Positions 37,490-46,563 of a stretch of 64,000 bases of DNA are shown one piece after another; positions within the stretch are counted from its first letter, which is position 1, and each line of letters starts with the position of its first letter. Source of the DNA: Planctomycetota bacterium (GTDB taxonomy: Bacteria; Planctomycetota; PLA2; JAEUHO01); assembly GCA_965223505.1 (NCBI GenBank), contig CBDCWP010000021.1, positions 160,001 to 224,000 of the forward strand, written 5' to 3'. The position numbers and the translations under genes are program-made. A model generated the notes under the pieces. That model searched no databases, was not told where the DNA came from, and saw only the letters and a list, made by a program, of their open reading frames with translations.

Positions 37490-38587
37490 TCAGGCACCCG
37501 AAGGCTCGGGTTCTCCCTCGCCGTCGTCGGTGAACTTCTTCCAGAGCCCGCTCAGCGAGTCCGTGACCTTGCTGAGCACCTTCGCCGGCAAATTGAGCAA
37601 CCCGCCGCCGACCGTGCGCACGACCTCGGTGACGACCTCCTTCGAGAACATGCCCGCCTCCTTCAGCGCGTCACCGACGGCGGACACCGTCGTTCGTTCC
37701 GTCCAGGCGTCGAACGCCCGGCACCGCGCCTTCGCGACGTACCCGATGCGCAACGTCACGATCGAGTTCACCGCGCCGTCCATCACGGGCCCGGCCACGG
37801 CGCCGACCGTCTTGCCGAAGACGCTGCCGAGCGCGCCGCCGGCCGCCTCGCTCACGTCTTGCAAGTAGGCGCTCGCGAGCGTCGCCGCAGAGACGTCGCG
37901 CAAGATCGAGAACGTGCCGCGCACGCCGGGACGGCCGTAGTAGATCCGAGCGATCCGACTCACGAGATTGCAGTTGCGCCAGAGCACGATGAAGGAGTCG
38001 ACCGTGCCGTTCCACGACACCGCGGTGGCGACCCCCACGCCGAGCGCCTCGTTGCGAATGACCTCGCGCACCTTTTTGTCGAGCGGCGCCAGGAGCTTCG
38101 CCACGGATTCGTTCTCGATGCGGTGGGTCTTGGCGATCAGCGCCTTCAACTGCTCCGGCGTCGCCCCTGCGGCTTCCTGCCGCAGTGCCCGGCACGCGGC
38201 GGCCGTCTCGTGCACCTGATCGATCGAGCCCTCCCACGCGGGGTTCTCGAGCAGGTTCTTGACGTACCGCTCCACGAAAGCCAGGTGCTTCACCAGGTGC
38301 GCGGGCGTGCGCTCGGCTTCGGGCGGCAGCTTGGGCGGACGCACGGCGACCGGCATGCGCAAGAAGCGGTAGATGGGGCGTCCGATGAACCAGAGGAACA
38401 GCGCCGCGAACACGACGAGGAACGCGACGCCGGCCCATGCGTGCATGTCGCGGAAGAACCGATACGCCTCCGCGACGCGCATGACCAGGAAGAAGGCCAT
38501 GAAACCGATGAGCGTGTAGGACGCGAAGCGTAGGAACCGGAAGAGGGTGCGCATCACGGCGCTGAAGTCGCGAAGGGGAGCGGGCAT
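37490..38587 (-). CDS. YcjF/DUF697 family membrane protein
   Basis: 2 N-terminal TMs; TAVSWNGTVD, IARIYYGRPG, DGAVNSIVTLRIG. Confidence 0.8.
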   Translation of the reverse strand: MPAPLRDFSAVMRTLFRFLRFASYTLIGFMAFFLVMRVAEAYRFFRDMHAWAGVAFLVVFAALFLWFIGRPIYRFLRMPVAVRPPKLPPEAERTPAHLVKHLAFVERYVKNLLENPAWEGSIDQVHETAAACRALRQEAAGATPEQLKALIAKTHRIENESVAKLLAPLDKKVREVIRNEALGVGVATAVSWNGTVDSFIVLWRNCNLVSRIARIYYGRPGVRGTFSILRDVSAATLASAYLQDVSEAAGGALGSVFGKTVGAVAGPVMDGAVNSIVTLRIGYVAKARCRAFDAWTERTTVSAVGDALKEAGMFSKEVVTEVVRTVGGGLLNLPAKVLSKVTDSLSGLWKKFTDDGEGEPEPSGA

Positions 38588-38654
38588 GGTTTGCCTCCAA
38601 GGCCGGGAGGCACATCATGTCAGGCTTGCGGGCTACGTGCCCACGGGGTGCCGG

Positions 38655-39785
38655 CTAGTCGACCCAGTCCGCGACGAATACGTTCGTCTCGTTCGGCTTG
38701 TCGTTGTACCGGTTGCTGCAGAACACCAGCCGTTTGCCGTCGCGCGTGAACATCGGGAACCCGTCGAAGTCGTCCGAACGGCGCTCGGCGCCGGGACGCG
38801 TGCGCTCGAAGTAGGTGATGCGCTCCGTCTTGCGGGTCTCGATGTCCACCATGTAGAGCTCGAAGTTGCGCCGCTTCGGATCGTCCATGTTCGAGCTGAA
38901 GATGATGCGCTTGCCGTCGGGATGCCAGAACGGCCCGAAGTTGGCCGCGCCGTTGTTCGTGATCATCTGCTTGTTGGACCCGTCCGCGTCCATGATCCAG
39001 ATCTCGAGCTTGTGCGGCTTGACGAGCTCCATGGCGAGCAGACGCTGCGCTTCTTCGGCGTTCACATCGTCGCGGTTCGGCGCGCGCCACACGATCTTCT
39101 TCCCATCCCAGGAAAAGAACGCGCCGCCGTCGTAGTCCGGCTCGTCGGTCAGACGTTGGACGTCCGAACCGTCGATCTTCATGGAGTAGAGGTCGAGGTC
39201 GCCGTCACGCGTGGAGGTGAAGACGATGCGATCCCCGGCCGGGGACACGGTGGCCTCCGCGTCGTAGCCGGCGGAGCTCTGAAGCAGCTTCACGTCGCTG
39301 CCGTCGGCCTTCGCCGTGTAGATGGCGTAGCTCTTGAACACGCCCCAGGTGTATCCCCGGTACGGCGCCTTCTGCGGCGGCTCGTCACCCGCGCCGTGCG
39401 TCGACGCATAGAGAATGCGCTCGTCGCCCGGTAGGAAGTACGAGCAGGTCGTCCGGCCCTTCCCCGTGCTGACCATGCGCACGTCGGATCCGTCCGGGTT
39501 CATGATGTAGATCTGATCCGCTTCGCGGCCGTCCCGCGTGCTCTGGAAGACCAGCTTCGTCTCGTCGAAGGACCAGTAGGCCTCCGCGTTCTGTCCGGCG
39601 AAGGTCAGCTGACGAAGATTCGTCAGATGTCGCTCGTTCTCGAACGGCTCCCGCGCGACACACGGCCCGTTGGGCGCGCCGCCGTCGGCGGCGGGCTTCT
39701 CGGCAGGCTCGTCGCGGCAGCCGGCGCAACAAACCAGCGCCAGGAGCAGGAGGGTCGGGACGAATCGCGGAATCGAATTCGGCAT
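38655..39785 (-). CDS. TolB-like PD40 beta-propeller lipoprotein
   Basis: CAGC lipobox; NAEAYWS, YDAEATVSP, YDGGAFFS, FDGFPMF repeats. Confidence 0.88.
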   Translation of the reverse strand: MPNSIPRFVPTLLLLALVCCAGCRDEPAEKPAADGGAPNGPCVAREPFENERHLTNLRQLTFAGQNAEAYWSFDETKLVFQSTRDGREADQIYIMNPDGSDVRMVSTGKGRTTCSYFLPGDERILYASTHGAGDEPPQKAPYRGYTWGVFKSYAIYTAKADGSDVKLLQSSAGYDAEATVSPAGDRIVFTSTRDGDLDLYSMKIDGSDVQRLTDEPDYDGGAFFSWDGKKIVWRAPNRDDVNAEEAQRLLAMELVKPHKLEIWIMDADGSNKQMITNNGAANFGPFWHPDGKRIIFSSNMDDPKRRNFELYMVDIETRKTERITYFERTRPGAERRSDDFDGFPMFTRDGKRLVFCSNRYNDKPNETNVFVADWVD

Positions 39786-39846
39786 GCGCGCAGCATGGCC
39801 GCGATCCCGCAAGGGGCAAACGAACGTCACGGGGTATCTTCCGCGC

Positions 39847-40500
39847 ATGGATCTGGAGACGTTCACCGCCCGCGCGAGAACCGCCGTGAGGGACGTGGCC
39901 GGGCCGCTCCCGGCGGTGGCCCTGGAGGTGGACCCCGGGCGGCAGTCGCATCCGCTGCTTCCGGACCTCCCGCTGCTCGCCGAGACCGTCGGGGAGGGGG
40001 ACGAGCGCGTGCTGCGCTGCTACTACGGGTCGTTCCGGGCGCTCGAGGAAGCCGAAACGGGCTTCGACGTCGACGCGGTGCTGCGCGAGCGTGTCGAGAC
40101 GGAGATCAACGAGCTCGAGGAGGAACGCGCGACGGTCGAGGACCTGAGATCCGAGGACGACCTTCTCGGCGCGCACGCCCGGTTCCGGCGTGGACTCGAG
40201 GTGCCCCGCCTGTGGTACCGGCGCGGCGATCTCGTCGCGCCGTGCCTGTGGGCTGTCGACCTGGACCTGTTCCTGGAGCTGCGGCTGCGGTGGCCGGAAT
40301 GGGAGTCGGTGCGCGGGCGGCCGCTCGTGCTGCAGCTCGGCAAGGAACCGCTGCCGCTCGAGATTCCGCACGACGCCGCGCCGGACGACGTGTGGACGAT
40401 CGAAGAGGCCGGACTCATCGACGAGATCCCGGACGACGACGACGACGACCCGCCGCCGCCGCGCTTCGGCAATCTACACGTCCTACCTCTCGTTCGCTGA
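39847..40500 (+). CDS. hypothetical protein resembling minimal zincin (Zincin_1) but lacking HExxH
   Basis: YYGSF motif; ETEINELE where TxxHExxH is expected. Confidence 0.55.
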   Translation: MDLETFTARARTAVRDVAGPLPAVALEVDPGRQSHPLLPDLPLLAETVGEGDERVLRCYYGSFRALEEAETGFDVDAVLRERVETEINELEEERATVEDLRSEDDLLGAHARFRRGLEVPRLWYRRGDLVAPCLWAVDLDLFLELRLRWPEWESVRGRPLVLQLGKEPLPLEIPHDAAPDDVWTIEEAGLIDEIPDDDDDDPPPPRFGNLHVLPLVR

Positions 40501-40851
40501 GTCCTCGGTCGCGGCCGCGGCGAACGCCTTGACCGCGTCGGCGCGCGTCGCGAACGTCGGAAAGAGACCACCGACGCCCATCGTGTGCAACGTGCCGCGG
40601 ACGCGTCGCGGAACGGCGGCCAACGCCATGCGGCCGCCTGTCGCGCGCAATCGCCGGCCGGCTTGAATCAGGAAGCCCGCCGCCGTCGACGGCAGGATGC
40701 CGACCGCGTGAACGTCCCAGACGACGTACCGCGTTCCGATCTCCAACAATCGGTTCAACCGCGCCTCGTACGACGGCAAGGTCGACGCGTCGAGGTCGCC
40801 GCGCATCACGAGGACGACGACGTCGCCGTGGTACTCCTCCTCCAAGCTCAC
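40483..40851 (-). CDS. STAS-domain anti-sigma antagonist
   Basis: VLVMRGDLDAST, PSTAAGFL, GGRMALA. Confidence 0.8.
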   Translation of the reverse strand: MSLEEEYHGDVVVLVMRGDLDASTLPSYEARLNRLLEIGTRYVVWDVHAVGILPSTAAGFLIQAGRRLRATGGRMALAAVPRRVRGTLHTMGVGGLFPTFATRADAVKAFAAAATEDSANER

Positions 40852-41810
40852 GGTGTTCTCCACGCCAGGATCGCCGGATCGCCGTCGGAGATGAGATAGA
40901 CCGTCCCGTCCGGAGCGTGGGCGAGGCCGCGCCAGATCCCGGGCCCCCCTTCGCCCGCACCTTCGACCTCGGGCGCCGGCGTGGACGGCTCCAGCGTGGT
41001 CGCGCGGCGGCGCCCGGGATCCGCGAACGGGGCAAGCGCGCCCCGATCGTGGCCGCGCACGACCAGAAAGCGCTCGTCGTGCCACGACATCGACTCGACG
41101 TCGGGCGCAGGCACGCCGGGCACGCGGACCTGGAAGTGCCCCAGGGACATGCCGAACTCGTCGAGCCGCCAAACACCGAAGACCTCGTCTTCCTCGCCGC
41201 CGCGCTCGACCAGGTACAGGTCCTCCGTGCGCTGCATGCCGCTCGTGGACAGGAGCGCAGACAGACCCGGCCCCGTATCGCGATAGTCGCCCGCGCCGAC
41301 GTTGGAACGCTTCGCACCGGCGCCCGTGAACACGTGCTGAAGCCGGACCTTGCCGGCGCGTCCCGCCGCGTCCTGATCGATGTACCCCCAGTACACGACC
41401 CTCAGATTGCGCTCCCCGAGGAAGATCCGGTTGGGCCGCAACATGGCGACGCCTTGGAAGTCGACCTCGAGCTTCCACAAGTCGCCGAACTCGTAGCCGC
41501 GGGCGGCGAACTCGCCGCGGCCCATCAGCTTCGATTCCTCGTGCAGGTAGACGTCCAGCGCGCGCGGAAAGACATGCTGTCCATGCTGCAGGCCGCGGCG
41601 TTGAATCGCATAGATGTTGCGGTCGCCGCCGCCGGCGACGACCAGCAGCTCGTCGCCGTAGACCGCGAGCCCGGAGGCGCGCTGCAGCCCCTTCACGCGA
41701 CAGTGGCTCCACGAAGCCGAGGTTGCCGCACGCCCGTCGCCGTCGCCGTCGCTGCTGAGCACGAAGACGAACAGGCCCGCCAACGCGAGGATCACGATTG
41801 GTGCGATCAG
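40848..41810 (-). CDS. exported hypothetical protein, beta-propeller-like (SdiA-regulated/phytase-like)
   Basis: N-terminal hydrophobic helix; ASGLAV, DFQGVA, DVESMS, WRGLA, ISDG; start uncertain. Confidence 0.55.
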   Translation of the reverse strand: MIAPIVILALAGLFVFVLSSDGDGDGRAATSASWSHCRVKGLQRASGLAVYGDELLVVAGGGDRNIYAIQRRGLQHGQHVFPRALDVYLHEESKLMGRGEFAARGYEFGDLWKLEVDFQGVAMLRPNRIFLGERNLRVVYWGYIDQDAAGRAGKVRLQHVFTGAGAKRSNVGAGDYRDTGPGLSALLSTSGMQRTEDLYLVERGGEEDEVFGVWRLDEFGMSLGHFQVRVPGVPAPDVESMSWHDERFLVVRGHDRGALAPFADPGRRRATTLEPSTPAPEVEGAGEGGPGIWRGLAHAPDGTVYLISDGDPAILAWRTP

Positions 41811-42301
41811 GTGTCGGACGACGAACCTCCCCTGCGTCGTAGAAGCGCGACGTCGCCGGCCGGCAGCCGTTCGCGCAACGCACTCAGCGTAACGCCGGCA
41901 TCGGGATGCGGCGCATCGGGCCAGATGTCGGCGCAAGGGACGAGCACGTACGCCGCGACCTGCAGGTCGGGATGCGCATCGCCGCCCGCGCGGTAGACGA
42001 CGTCGACGTCCATCGTCCGTGGCGCGAAGCGATCGTCTCGACGACGCCGGCCGCACGCTTCCTCGACTCGACGACAGGCTTCGCGTAGCGCCCGCGGCGG
42101 CAGGTCGGTGCGAGCGCGCACGGCGAGATTGACGAACGGCGGCTGCGGCGTCGTCGTGCCGAGCGGCGGGCTCTCGTACCAGGGCGACTCGGCCACCACG
42201 TCGAAGCGCGCTCGAAGGAGCTTCAGGGCGACGGGCAACCAGCGGCGTGCTTCGATGTTCGAGCCCAGCGAGAGCAGGACCTCGTAGGTCCGGCGGCTCA
42301 T
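41807..42301 (-). CDS. folK: 6-hydroxymethyl-7,8-dihydropterin pyrophosphokinase
   Basis: LSLGSN, YESPP, FVNLAV, PRTMDVDVV. Confidence 0.9.
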   Translation of the reverse strand: MSRRTYEVLLSLGSNIEARRWLPVALKLLRARFDVVAESPWYESPPLGTTTPQPPFVNLAVRARTDLPPRALREACRRVEEACGRRRRDDRFAPRTMDVDVVYRAGGDAHPDLQVAAYVLVPCADIWPDAPHPDAGVTLSALRERLPAGDVALLRRRGGSSSDT

Positions 42302-42660
42302 CGACCACGAGACCCGCGCTCGATCTCGACGCCCACCTCGTCGCTGAATCGAACGGCCCCCGGCTTCGCGACGCGCAGCCGCACCCACGGCGCGTCGAAG
42401 CGTTCCATCAGCAGCGCCGCGAGACGCTCGGCCAGCGTCTCGACGAGAAAGTAGGAGCTCTCCTCGACGTGCGCGAGCACCGCCTTGGCCACCGAGCGGT
42501 AGTTGACGGCCTTCGCGATGTCGTCCTCGGCGGCCGCGGCGCTCGTGTCGCAGGCGAGCTCGATGTCGATGCGGATGACCTGTCGCTCGACGCGCTCCCA
42601 GTCGTTGATCCCGATGATGCCGCGCGCGGCCAGTCCGCGAATGAAGACGGTGTCCTGCAT
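42298..42660 (-). CDS. folB: dihydroneopterin aldolase
   Basis: IIGINDWER, VNYRSV, LVETLAE, KPGA. Confidence 0.93.
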   Translation of the reverse strand: MQDTVFIRGLAARGIIGINDWERVERQVIRIDIELACDTSAAAAEDDIAKAVNYRSVAKAVLAHVEESSYFLVETLAERLAALLMERFDAPWVRLRVAKPGAVRFSDEVGVEIERGSRGR

Positions 42661-42667
42661 CAGCCCC

Positions 42668-42997
42668 TCAACCGTTGCGCGCGTGCTTCGACGCGTCGTC
42701 GATGCCACGGAACACCGGCAGCATGCTGTTCAACCCGAGCACCTTGATGAGCTTCTCGACGCTGCGCGTCGGACGCGCGAGTGCCAGTCGCCGGTCCTGC
42801 TCACCCAACGTCTTGCCGAGCTGGACGATGGCGCCCAGACCCGCGCTGTTGACAAACGTCATGTTCTCGAGATCGAGGACGATGCCCGGCGCCGCCGCGT
42901 CCTGCACGTGCGGCTGGACCGCGGCGTGGAACGCGTCGAGATTCCTGTGCGTGAGCTCGGCCGGCGGCACGACGATAGCAATCGAAGAGGTGGTCAC
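42668..42997 (-). CDS. STAS-domain anti-sigma antagonist
   Basis: VLDLENMTFVNSAGLGAIV. Confidence 0.88.
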   Translation of the reverse strand: MTTSSIAIVVPPAELTHRNLDAFHAAVQPHVQDAAAPGIVLDLENMTFVNSAGLGAIVQLGKTLGEQDRRLALARPTRSVEKLIKVLGLNSMLPVFRGIDDASKHARNG

Positions 42998-43048
42998 GCC
43001 GATAGTCTGGCGCAAAGCCCGAGGGGGAGCAACGCGGGCGCCCGTTGC

Positions 43049-43465
43049 TCAGCGTTTCCGGAGAACGAGCTCGTATTGGTCCTTTTCGTATGTGTGCAAA
43101 CGAAGCAGATCGCCGTCGACCGTGGCGTGCGAGGTGTGCGGCGTCTGGAGCTTCCGTCCGCCTCTGCTCGATACGTGCAACGTGATCCGGTCGCCGGACC
43201 TGGACCAGGTGCCCGCCGTTCGCTCGCGGCGGTCGTCACGGCTCACGAAGTCGAGCACGAAGGTCGCGTCGGCGCGCAAGAGCAGACGGGCGTTCCATTC
43301 GCGCAGCAGCTGGTCGAGCAGTGCCGCGTCCATCTCCCACCTCGCGAGCACCTTGCGGGTCTCGGACCGGTCGAAGACGTACGTCACGTCGACGGAGGCG
43401 CCTTCGTCGTCACCTCCGCAGGCGGCGCAGAGAACGACGGCGAGAAGGGCCGTGCAGCGCTTCAC
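43049..43465 (-). CDS. hypothetical lipoprotein (lipocalin-like)
   Basis: CAAC-GG lipobox; GTWSRSGDRITL; GTGA overlap. Confidence 0.6.
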   Translation of the reverse strand: MKRCTALLAVVLCAACGGDDEGASVDVTYVFDRSETRKVLARWEMDAALLDQLLREWNARLLLRADATFVLDFVSRDDRRERTAGTWSRSGDRITLHVSSRGGRKLQTPHTSHATVDGDLLRLHTYEKDQYELVLRKR

Positions 43466-43995
43466 GGCGTCTGAAACGCAACGACGGTCCACTGCCCGTC
43501 GATCTTCCGGAGGCGCACCGGACGGTGAACACCGTTGGCGCCCTCGTAGATGACCTCCATGGCGCTGCCCACCGTCTTCAGCCCGCGCATGCGCGGCTCC
43601 TCGGGCAGCTTCATGATCTCGATCAGGAAGCGGCACACGTCGCCGGTCGTTCCGTTGCGCGCCTGATCGATTCGTTGGTCCGAAACGCCGACCAGGTTGG
43701 TGCGCCGGAACGTCGGGTCCGCGAGCTGCTTGGCCTGGAAATTCATGACCTCCGCGTCGAAGCCCATCCACGCGTCGCGTGTCATCACGCGCCGCATCGC
43801 CTCCGTGTCCCCGCGCCACATCGCCTTGACGGCGTACTCCGCGACGCCGAACGGATCGCCTCGGTCCGGGCCGTCGCCCCCCCCGGCGTCCTCGCCGAGG
43901 TTGCGATACGCCCAGACGCCGCCGACGACGAGTACGAGCGCTACGACGACGACGCCCGCGATGTAGCGCGGTCCGGGGGTTCTTGCTTCGGCCAT
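43462..43995 (-). CDS. hypothetical single-TM protein
   Basis: N-terminal TM; LRKIDGQWTV ending. Confidence 0.6.
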   Translation of the reverse strand: MAEARTPGPRYIAGVVVVALVLVVGGVWAYRNLGEDAGGGDGPDRGDPFGVAEYAVKAMWRGDTEAMRRVMTRDAWMGFDAEVMNFQAKQLADPTFRRTNLVGVSDQRIDQARNGTTGDVCRFLIEIMKLPEEPRMRGLKTVGSAMEVIYEGANGVHRPVRLRKIDGQWTVVAFQTP

Positions 43996-44029
43996 GCTGC
44001 GAATGGTAGCCGGGTCTATGCTGGTTGCG

Positions 44030-44524
44030 GTGAGAACGTATCCGCTCAACGCGTGGCGTTACTTCTTGCGCGTCGACGTGAACGGCGCTGATCGTCAAAA
44101 CCTGCCGGACTGCCTGGAGGCGGAGGATCTGGCGCTCTTCGGATTCGTCTCGCGCGAGGAAGCCTACGAGCAGATCCGCTCCGGCACCTTGATCCTGGCC
44201 GCGTCGAGCGAGGAACCCTTCCAAGCCTTCGCGAGCGACCTGGCGGTCCTGTCGATGTACCTCTTCCAGATCATCAAAGGCGTCGAGGTCGCCGAGCGAC
44301 ACGTGGCCGAGGACGAGGTGGACGACGTACGCGCATGGAAGATCGTCGCCCGGCAGGGCGAGTGGGTGAAGATCCCGCTCTGCGTCAGCTGCGACGACGA
44401 AGGCCGGTTTCACGTGGACGAGGACGCCGACGATCTCGAGATCATTCGGGCTCGCTGGCCCTCCTACCCGCTGTGGTTCCAGGACGGCATGCGCCGCAAG
44501 CACCCCTCCCTGCGCGCGCTGTAG
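44030..44524 (+). CDS. hypothetical cytoplasmic protein
   Basis: GC3-rich codon usage; TATGCT-N7-GTG; alternative ATG at 44018. Confidence 0.6.
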   Translation: MRTYPLNAWRYFLRVDVNGADRQNLPDCLEAEDLALFGFVSREEAYEQIRSGTLILAASSEEPFQAFASDLAVLSMYLFQIIKGVEVAERHVAEDEVDDVRAWKIVARQGEWVKIPLCVSCDDEGRFHVDEDADDLEIIRARWPSYPLWFQDGMRRKHPSLRAL

Positions 44525-44547
44525 GGACGTCCTCGTAGCCTGACGTC

Positions 44548-45132
44548 GTGATCAACCCCTCCACCGTCGAACACGTGCGCCGGCGCGCGATGGCCGCCGT
44601 CGGCACCGCGCTGCGCATCGAGCGCTGGCCCGACGTGCCGGTGCGCTGGAATCGACGCCTGCGCCGGGCCGGCCGAGCCGTCATCGAGAAGCCGGGCAAG
44701 CACGTGCGCTCGGCGCTCATCGAGCTCTCGCCCGCGTACTTCGAGGTCTACCCGGACGACTTGTACGGCATCCTCGTTCACGAGGCGGTGCACGTCGGGC
44801 TGGCCGTACGCAACCTGCCCTTCGGGCACGGCCCCGAGTTCAAGCAGGCCTGCCGCGCTGCCGGCGGGCTGCTGCACGGACGCTGGCTTCCCGGGCGCGT
44901 GTTTCGCTACCGCTGCCCGGTCTGCAACGCGACGCTGGAGCGCCGCCGGCGCGCGACCGACGACCGGTGGTGCGCCGCCTGCGCGGAAGCGGCAGCGGCT
45001 GCCGGCGTGGACCCGTTCGCGTCGGACCGGGCGCTCATTCTGTACGAGACCGCGTTCCAGGGGCCCGAGCGCTTCGAAGACGACGACGACTGGAACGAAG
45101 ACCGACGACGACCCGGCGCGTGCGAGCCGTAG
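44548..45132 (+). CDS. SprT-like zinc metalloprotease
   Basis: WNRRLRRAG, HEAVH, HGPEFK, CPVC...CAAC. Confidence 0.85.
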   Translation: MINPSTVEHVRRRAMAAVGTALRIERWPDVPVRWNRRLRRAGRAVIEKPGKHVRSALIELSPAYFEVYPDDLYGILVHEAVHVGLAVRNLPFGHGPEFKQACRAAGGLLHGRWLPGRVFRYRCPVCNATLERRRRATDDRWCAACAEAAAAAGVDPFASDRALILYETAFQGPERFEDDDDWNEDRRRPGACEP

Positions 45133-45255
45133 TCCGCACCCACGGGTCGCGGGTCTGGGGCTGGACTCGCGGCCGACCTGCCCTTCGCGCTACCCTGTAC
45201 GGGATTCGAGTCCTGCCCGCGGGACGGTGGGCGGCGAACGTGAGGGAATGTCCAG

Positions 45256-46533
45256 ATGCTTGGTCGCAAGTTCGCGGGAGCGGCGGTGCTCGGTGCTGCG
45301 CTCCTCTTGTTCTGCACGCCGGTCTTCGCCGGTGACGTGCCGTGTGTCGTCGGTGTCGAGGCCGACAAGGCGAAGTCGATGATCGAGGAAGCGGGCTTCG
45401 TCGCGAAGCTCAGCTACGACGCGGGCAAGCCCGCCGGCATCGTGTTCGCGCAATCACCCGGTGGCTTCGCGCCGGCGGCCTCCGGTTCGACCGTCGAACT
45501 GCGCATCGGCGGGACGGCGCCGTCGGCCGGCAACGTCCCGGTCGATCCGCCGAGCAACCCGGCCGCCGGCACCGGCGACGGTCCCGACATCGGCCTGCCG
45601 CCGACGGGCGAGCCGCCGAGCGTCGAACCCGGACCGGGACCGGCCGCGGGCACGTCGGACGACACGCCGCTGACGCGCTATCCCCCCGAGAACGTTCCTT
45701 CGACGAACGGCCCCGAGATCCCGCCGGTGTTGGGGCAGAAGCGCGACGCGGCGCTGCGCGCCCTCGGTCGCTGGAAGGTGCGCGAAGAGCTCACGCTGTC
45801 GACCGCGGAGCTCGTTGGCAACGTGATCAACATGGAGCCGATGCCGGGCCGCCGTCTGGCCGAGGGCGAGACCGTGACGCTCGTCGTGGCCGTGGCCGAA
45901 CCGCCCACCACCGACCACCGCAGCGTTCCGAACGTCACGAACACCACGCCGAGCGCCGCGATGCAGCGGCTGCGCGCCGCCGGCTTCAAGCCGGTCATGC
46001 GCAGCATCGAGAGCAAGGCCGCGAAGCGCGGCACCGTCGTCTCGCAACTTCCCTTCCCGGGAAGCCTGGCCCGCGAGGGCGCCGAGGTGCGCGTCCGGGT
46101 CGGCCGCGGCGACGGCTCGAGCCCCGCGCCCGCGAATCCGCCGGTGAACCCGGGCCCGTCGGACCCGCCGGCCAATCCGGGACCCGAGAACCCGCCCACC
46201 AACCCCGGGCCCGTAGATCCCCCGGTGAACCCGGCCCCGGCCGTCTCGCTCGGGAAGGTGAAGCTGCGCGCCCCGCCCGCCGGGGAGAGCTACCCGCGCG
46301 CCTACGGCGCCACGTTCGAGTGGTCGAAGGTCGGCGGCGCGACGAACTACGAGTGGGAGCTGCAGGAGGAGCGTCCCTCGGGCGCGTGGGAGCGCGTCCA
46401 GACGGAGATCGTCGAAGGCGAGCGCTATCGGCCCGCACAGCTCAAGCGCGGCCGCTTCCGGTGGCGCGTGCGCGCGCTGGCCGGGGACTCCAAGGGCGCA
46501 TGGAGCGACTTCTTCCGCCTCTACATGTACTGA
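45256..46533 (+). CDS. exported protein with three PASTA domains, Pro-rich linkers and an FN3-like C-terminus
   Basis: signal peptide; VPCVVG, IPPVLG, VPNVTN PASTA starts; WRVRA...WSD. Confidence 0.8.
   Translation: MLGRKFAGAAVLGAALLLFCTPVFAGDVPCVVGVEADKAKSMIEEAGFVAKLSYDAGKPAGIVFAQSPGGFAPAASGSTVELRIGGTAPSAGNVPVDPPSNPAAGTGDGPDIGLPPTGEPPSVEPGPGPAAGTSDDTPLTRYPPENVPSTNGPEIPPVLGQKRDAALRALGRWKVREELTLSTAELVGNVINMEPMPGRRLAEGETVTLVVAVAEPPTTDHRSVPNVTNTTPSAAMQRLRAAGFKPVMRSIESKAAKRGTVVSQLPFPGSLAREGAEVRVRVGRGDGSSPAPANPPVNPGPSDPPANPGPENPPTNPGPVDPPVNPAPAVSLGKVKLRAPPAGESYPRAYGATFEWSKVGGATNYEWELQEERPSGAWERVQTEIVEGERYRPAQLKRGRFRWRVRALAGDSKGAWSDFFRLYMY
46129..46240 (+). repeat. about 4 imperfect 27-bp coding repeats (PPxNPGPxx)
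   Basis: PPVNPGPSD PPANPGPEN PPTNPGPVD PPVNPAP. Confidence 0.8.
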
Positions 46534-46563
46534 CCGGCGCGCCGCGTCTCGGCGACCGCGCGC

